A stretch of 64,000 nucleotides of DNA, taken from positions 608,001 to 672,000 of the forward strand of contig CP136572.1 of the NCBI GenBank assembly GCA_035193785.1, written 5' to 3'. The translations under genes were made by a program, and so were the position numbers. Positions 58,343 to 64,000 of the stretch are shown one piece after another. Source of the stretch: Planktothrix sp. GU0601_MAG3 (GTDB lineage: Bacteria > Cyanobacteriota > Cyanobacteriia > Cyanobacteriales > Microcoleaceae). Within the stretch, counting starts at the first letter, position 1. Each line of letters opens with the position of its first letter. The notes below the pieces were generated by a model. That model was not told the origin of the DNA. It saw nothing but the letters and a program-made list of their open reading frames with translations, and made no database searches.

Positions 58343-58663
58343 GGAGATGGTCGCTCGATGTCTATTGACTTGATTGTCTATTGTATCAGGCTGTAAGCTG
58401 TTCAGCATCTAAATACTCTATTCCGAAGTAGAAACAAAGCTTTAAACAATGAATTTAACAACCAAACAGATCTTTTACATCGGGTAATAAACCCCCATTA
58501 TAATCTATAATTAAGTAACAATAATTGATTGGCAAACGAGGAAGCTAAAATTTCATCAGGAATTGGTTCTGGTATTTTGGAATGTAGTCGTTTGGAGTTT
58601 TATCGCTTGATTAGTGAACAGGGATATGATAATTTGTTTAAACAGATTTATTCTTGGGTTTTT

Positions 58664-59612
58664 ATGGGTAATAAAGTTATGAGTGCAGGTCGGTTGTTGA
58701 AGCAGGCGAATCAGTTGAAGCGGAAGGGGAAGTTGGATGAGGCGATCGCTCTTTATCATCAGGCGATCGAGATTAACCCCCATTTTGCTTGGACTTATTC
58801 TGAGTTGGGGGATGCTTTGGTTGAACATGGACGAGTTGATGATGCTTCAATTGCTTATCAAAGTGCTATCGATATAAACCGAAAGTCTATTTGTTTCTCG
58901 GCAGGATTAGAAAAACTGATACTCCAACGCAATGAAAGGAAGTTAGATCCTAAAAATTTGCCTAGTTTTGATACAAAAAAGCATCATGTAATTATTAGCG
59001 GAAACCGGGAGAGCAGGGACTACCTTTTTAGTTCAGCTTTTCACGGAGTTGGGTCTGGATACGGGTTTTAAAGATACAAGGAGTAATGTTTTTGAAAATT
59101 GCCATGCGGGAATGGAAAAAGATATACGCAGCGAGGATGCTCCATATATTGTGAAGAGTCCTTGGATGTGCGATTATATGGAGGAAATACTACAATCACC
59201 AAAATACGTTATAGATCATGCTTATATTCCTATAAGAGATTTATTTTCTGCGTCCGCTAGTAGAATATATGTAAGTCAAAATGCGAAAATCAATAAATTA
59301 AGTCTTAATGCAGTACCAGGAGGCTTATGGGATACGACAGATCCATCTAGGCAAGAAGATATATTATCTCGTCAATTGTATAAGCTAATTTATTCACTAA
59401 CCAAGTATGACGTGAGTACATCTTTGTTATTCTTCCCTCGTTTTGTACACGACCCAATTTATCTGTATAAAAAATTAAATTTTCTACTAAATACAATAAA
59501 TTATGATAATTTTTTAAAATCTTTTAATAAAACAGTTAAACCTGAATTAGTGCATGAATTTTCAGAAGATTTAGAACAGCTAGTTATTAGATCAAAAAGT
59601 ATTCAGACGTGA
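58664..59612 (+). CDS. TPR plus sulfotransferase-like domain protein; apparent +1 frameshift at 59001-59005
   Basis: TPR pair, then restored IISGTGRAGTTFLVQLF (PAPS-binding-loop-like), IVKSP, IPIRD. Confidence 0.7.
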
Positions 59613-59663
59613 AAGAATAATTACCAAATTGTTGAATTGATTAAATTATTGGATGTATTTTTT

Positions 59664-61298
59664 ATGATTAACAAGGTTTTGAGTGCAGGTCGGTTACTGA
59701 AACAGGCGAATCAGTTGAAGCGGAAGGGGAAGTTGGATGAGGCGATCGCCCTTTATCATCAGGTAATTGAAATTAATCCCCATTTTGCCTGGGCTTATCA
59801 TAATTTGGGAGACACCTTGGTTAAACGGGGAAATTTAGATGAAGCTGTTGCTTGTTATTCAGAAAGTTTAAAAGTTAATTCCAATTCAGCTTGGTTGTTT
59901 TATAGTTTGGGGGAGGCTCTAGCCCAAAAAGGAGATTTAGAGGCTGCTGTCGAATATTTACAAAAGGCTATTGAGATTAAACCTAACTGCGATAAATTAC
60001 ATAACAGATTGGGTCAAGTATTGGCTCAAAACGCTCTCAAAAGTAAGACGCTTGAAGAATTATATTCACAACATACCGGAAAAGTATCTGATAAATGGTC
60101 TTCATATTTCTTGGTATATAATCAAATCCTAAAAAGTTACAGAAATATGAATGTCAGATTACTAGAAATAGGTGTTCAAAATGGTGGCTCTCTTGAAATA
60201 TGGTCAAAATACTTTGCTAATGCGAAATTAATCCTAGGCTGTGACATCAACCCTAAGTGTGCCAATTTGAACTATGAAAATTCAAGAATTCATGTACTTG
60301 TAGGTGATGCAAACTCTGATGAAGTTAAAAGTAATGTGATCGAATTATCTAAAAGTTTTGATATAATTATTGATGATGGTTCTCATCATTCTTCAGATAT
60401 TATAAAATCTTTTGCCAGATATTTTCCTCTTTTAGAAGATGGCGGAATATACATAGTCGAAGATCTACATAGTTCATTCTGGAAAGAATACGAAGGTGGT
60501 TTGTTTTACCCCTTTTCCTCTGTTACTTTTTTTAAATATCTTATTGACATAATTAATTATGAACACTGGGGAATTGAAAAAAAACCAACAGACTTATTAA
60601 ACGAATTGTGTAATAAATATAGTTTTACAGTTGACCCAATTGATCTTGAAAATATCCACTCAATTACATTTTTTAACTCCCTGTGCGTGATTATCAAATG
60701 CAAACCGGAACATAATTCTCTAGGAAAACGTTGTGTTGTAGGATTAATTGAAGAAATTAGTAAATTACAGCAAAAGTTTAATAACACTTATAATGTGCCA
60801 CCAAGCCAAAAAAATAATCAATGGTCAGAGACTAACAAATACACGATAAATACAGCAATAAATACAACAACAATAATTACAACGATAATTCCATGTTCAC
60901 AAGATGACCCAGAAGCACTTTGGGGGTTTAATCTGGATGGAGTACGACAAACTAACACCAGTAACAGTAATGGAATTGAACTTATGTTAGGAGGTTGGGT
61001 GTTAGGAAAAAAATCGAAGGTGGAGGCTATAGAAATCATCTACAATCATGTAGTAGTTAAACAAGTTTTGATTAATTTCCCCCGCCCAGATATTGCTCAG
61101 GCTTATTCCCATTCACCTGATGCCGAGATGAGCGGATTTCAAACCATTGTTAATATAGGTGAACTTGTAGAGCAGGGAGAGTTACTAATACAAGCTGTTT
61201 GCTCAAATAAAAGCTGTATTCCACTCAGCAAAATTCAGTTTCAGGTAGTATACCGACACAGAAGCAGTAATTTTTGTCTTTTCGAGCCTGATATCTAG
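59664..61298 (+). CDS. TPR plus class I SAM methyltransferase plus C-terminal GW...RPD...SGF domain
   Basis: TPRs; LLEIGVQNGGSL; FDIIIDDGSH; GGIYIVEDL; the 3' end may be altered by GTATAC at 61248. Confidence 0.8.
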   Translation: MINKVLSAGRLLKQANQLKRKGKLDEAIALYHQVIEINPHFAWAYHNLGDTLVKRGNLDEAVACYSESLKVNSNSAWLFYSLGEALAQKGDLEAAVEYLQKAIEIKPNCDKLHNRLGQVLAQNALKSKTLEELYSQHTGKVSDKWSSYFLVYNQILKSYRNMNVRLLEIGVQNGGSLEIWSKYFANAKLILGCDINPKCANLNYENSRIHVLVGDANSDEVKSNVIELSKSFDIIIDDGSHHSSDIIKSFARYFPLLEDGGIYIVEDLHSSFWKEYEGGLFYPFSSVTFFKYLIDIINYEHWGIEKKPTDLLNELCNKYSFTVDPIDLENIHSITFFNSLCVIIKCKPEHNSLGKRCVVGLIEEISKLQQKFNNTYNVPPSQKNNQWSETNKYTINTAINTTTIITTIIPCSQDDPEALWGFNLDGVRQTNTSNSNGIELMLGGWVLGKKSKVEAIEIIYNHVVVKQVLINFPRPDIAQAYSHSPDAEMSGFQTIVNIGELVEQGELLIQAVCSNKSCIPLSKIQFQVVYRHRSSNFCLFEPDI

Positions 61299-61344
61299 GG
61301 GATTAAATCGACTTGCGTCATAACTTATGCAGGACTGCGGTTTT

Positions 61345-62063
61345 TTAAATTTTTCTACTAATCAAAACCTCTATATATTCGGCTCTAATGCCCAAAGATA
61401 TATCGTCTATATAAACAATAGTTGTGTATAATCCACTATGCTTAAGGATAAAATCACAGATATCATAACCCCAATCTCTAGTTACTAATGAACCTTTCGG
61501 GTTTACCGGATTACCATGATACTGAGCTTCCTCTAAATAATTAATTTCACCATTAGCCTCTAATGTAGCACGCACATGGGAAGGTTTTTGCTTGTTTACT
61601 ATCGGTATACAGTAAATATATGCGCCCCTCCAGGCTTCAAAGTTCTAGCAATTTCTGAAAAAGCTTTTTCAGGATGAAAAATATGCTCCATTACATCTTG
61701 GCTAACAACTAGATCAAAACTTGCATCAGCAAATGTCTGATTTTCTAAGTCTTCATTTCTCCAGCCACTACTATGAATTGCACCTAAAAGGAATCCAGTA
61801 AAGTATTGACTGGTTTGATATTTTAGACAATTATTTTTTAGTTTAATACTAGCTCCCCTATTTCCAGGTGAAGATTCGTGTATAGAAAGTTGTTTCCATT
61901 GTGGGTAAAACTTTTATATACAGTACATTGAAACTCTTTCTCTGGGAATTGAGCCACAATTACTACACTTGTACTTATCTCTCAACCAAGCTTGTTGATA
62001 AGAAAACTCAACTTTTTTAGCGCAGGTGTAAGAATAGTCTCGATTTTTGATTATTTTTGTCAT
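61345..62063 (-). pseudogene. Class I SAM methyltransferase with in-frame stop (61914-61916) and apparent +2 frameshift (61605-61610)
   Basis: Manual translation: WLRDKYKCSNCGSIPRER...YCI*KFYP...EDLENQTFADASFDLVVSQDVMEH...RTLKPGGAHIFTV/PIVNK...YHGNPVNPKGSLVT. Confidence 0.75.
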
Positions 62064-62118
62064 GGGTAATGTGATTTATAAAACATTGTTTGATATAAAA
62101 TCTGCAAATACCATTAAT

Positions 62119-62796
62119 TTAATCATCAAAAGAATAACCGAGGCACTCGAAATCACTAGCAAAAGCTTGTTCTATAATTTGCCTTGATTTATTGCTGTAA
62201 TATATTTTGAAATCCGTTTTTTTGCCTTTTGTCTTATTATGGTGTGGTATGTTTTGCAATAATTCAACTCCTAATTCTTGAAAAATTCTTTTAACCTCAA
62301 TATCTAATTGCTCAAGTTTGATAACTTCTACTTTACCTTCATCTATACCTTTAATGTATGAACTATACACTGATCGATTTTGGTTATTGAAATTATGGGC
62401 AACATATTCATCAAAATTCATACTAGCCAGCTTGGTTAGCTGATGTTCTCTAGCCGTAATCCACTCAGGTGCTTTTTTTCCCTCTTGTTTAAGTCTCTGA
62501 TAGCAGTTCACATTAAATACATAAAATGACACCACCCAATCAAAAGGATTTCTGGTGACTGCTAATATCTTCATTTTTTCAAGTTGAGCTAAGGTGAATA
62601 ATCTATGTGATATTAGCTGTTTGATACTACTATGTCTATAGTCCACTAAAATGGTCTTACGATCATCATCCCAAATATGATCTGTGAGAACAGGTTTCCC
62701 ACCAAAGTTCCTAATTAAAAAATTTTCAAGGGATGAACTTCCTGTTTTTGGAACACAAATAAACAGTAAATTTATTTCTTCACATAAAATTGCCAT
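62119..62796 (-). CDS. Sulfotransferase family 2 protein
   Basis: FICVPKTGSSS, TRNPFDWVVSFY, DFECLGYSF. Confidence 0.85.
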   Translation of the reverse strand: MAILCEEINLLFICVPKTGSSSLENFLIRNFGGKPVLTDHIWDDDRKTILVDYRHSSIKQLISHRLFTLAQLEKMKILAVTRNPFDWVVSFYVFNVNCYQRLKQEGKKAPEWITAREHQLTKLASMNFDEYVAHNFNNQNRSVYSSYIKGIDEGKVEVIKLEQLDIEVKRIFQELGVELLQNIPHHNKTKGKKTDFKIYYSNKSRQIIEQAFASDFECLGYSFDD

Positions 62797-62951
62797 TATT
62801 TATACCTCAATTTGTTACATTATATTATTTTAGCTTATCATAATATAATTTTGGTTTTTTGTCAAATTTGACTCTATAAATTTTATTAACTGGTATCAAT
62901 CATATAAATAAATATTAGATTTCTTGTAACGATGGTACAATTGGGAATATT

Positions 62952-64000
62952 TTAAGAATTTGGATAATAAAAATCAATACAATTAGTCCTCAAAAAGCCA
63001 TCTAGTTCTTGATTATAAAGATGATAGTATTCGTCAAGTCTATTTTTAATTAAAGATGATGTTTCAGGGTATTTGTTTTCATAAATTTTGCGTACATTAA
63101 TATCTAAATAATCCTCTAATTCCAGGAATGTAAATAATCTTTCAATAAAATTCTGAGGCTCACATTCTATCTGATGATAATTTAGAATCAGGATTTGCTC
63201 TTTTGGAAAAACATCTAGCCATGCTTTGAGATAGGTTATATATTGACCACCCATTAAATAATGAAGTGTCAATAAACTATCCTGTCCTTCTATTTTTATT
63301 TTTTCAATTTCTTTGTGGCTTAGATCCTTTATTTTAATCGATTTCACTTTTTCAATTTCTTGTTCACTGAAAGCTTGTTCAATACTTCTCTTTTCATCCC
63401 CTATTCGGTTAAATTGATGATAGTAATGTGAAATAGCTCTATCTGTAGGATTCCTTAAACAAACAATTATTTTGACTTTAGGAAAATTTGTTTTAATTGC
63501 CAAAGGAACACTTTGATCCAGTAAATAACTAGGACTGGCTTCGCCTCTGAGTAACTTTTGTCCCTTAGAATTTTTCCGATTACCAACAAATTGAGATGAG
63601 TACCACTTCCATCCCTTGTCTATTTTATAAGTAAAGAAATGTAATTCTTTTGGCTCTCGTGCAATTACTCTTGGATGTTGTTGGAGATAATTATAAATTG
63701 CGGATGTTGCAGATTTCATGGCACCAATAATTATAAAATCTGGCTCGTTTTTAGATAAATATTTCTCATATTTGATAGTGGCAAGCTTAACTATTGTTCC
63801 ATCGTCGAAAATTGCTTCTAAAATAATTTCCCCATTATCAGATAGTTCATCCATTTTAACATACTCTAAAAAACCAGATATTTCCGCATTAGGGAAATCA
63901 GGATAATTTAGGGCAACATCCGGTCTTGATCGCTCAACTTTAGTTTCTGTTATGATTTTTTCTGAAGTACAAAATCTAATAAATTTTACTGATTGCTTTT
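62952..64000 (-). CDS. Sulfotransferase family 1 protein (5' end beyond the window)
   Basis: FIIIGAMKSATS, KELHFF, GEASPSY, LRNPTDRAISHY; the frame is open upstream of 63854 to the window edge (RPDVALNYPDFPNAEISGF). Confidence 0.88.
   Translation of the reverse strand, partial: KQSVKFIRFCTSEKIITETKVERSRPDVALNYPDFPNAEISGFLEYVKMDELSDNGEIILEAIFDDGTIVKLATIKYEKYLSKNEPDFIIIGAMKSATSAIYNYLQQHPRVIAREPKELHFFTYKIDKGWKWYSSQFVGNRKNSKGQKLLRGEASPSYLLDQSVPLAIKTNFPKVKIIVCLRNPTDRAISHYYHQFNRIGDEKRSIEQAFSEQEIEKVKSIKIKDLSHKEIEKIKIEGQDSLLTLHYLMGGQYITYLKAWLDVFPKEQILILNYHQIECEPQNFIERLFTFLELEDYLDINVRKIYENKYPETSSLIKNRLDEYYHLYNQELDGFLRTNCIDFYYPNS

Larger units (their letters stand above)
4212..59769. repeat. HIP1 octamer GCGATCGC, dispersed
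   Basis: Many copies (e.g. near 4212, 6437, 7582, 8595, 9412, 20168, 27388, 44383, 58742); none noticed after about 59750. Confidence 0.9.

Noticed and set aside
3150..59005. Mass pseudogenisation or programmed frameshifting of about 25 genes
   Set aside because: Essential genes are affected, the proteins are otherwise intact, and all indels fall in two short motifs; systematic sequencing error is far more parsimonious

Overview
Chromosomal window from a filamentous, gas-vacuolate cyanobacterium (HIP1 GCGATCGC sites throughout, psaA, gvp genes, heptamer tandem repeats; Planktothrix-like, inferred). Main content in order: 5' part of psaA; FutB/FutC iron ABC genes; ureB-ureC; fetAB-like exporter; urtABCDE with a canonical NtcA promoter; carB; ROK kinase; gvpK/F/G/V; a Doc toxin-antitoxin pair; GH1+GT28; pepP; ftsH; a chromosomal ParM-like actin with a ParR-like partner ending in an amphipathic helix (CorMR-type); a thyX(intein)-dut-dCMP deaminase-adk-rph cluster; ArsA ATPase; a large TPR-NTPase-TM-WD40 protein; and an AT-rich glycan-modification island. 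The most striking sequence-level pattern is that about 29 frameshifts break otherwise intact genes, several of them essential, and every one I resolved falls in one of two motifs: GAAC/GTTC read as GAAAC/GTTTC (26 coding cases) or GTAC read as GTATAC (3 cases). This looks like modification-induced basecalling error, and GAAC/GTTC is the classic DNA phosphorothioation motif. Gene coordinates below are for the reconstructed genes. Product calls come from motif recognition, not database searches.
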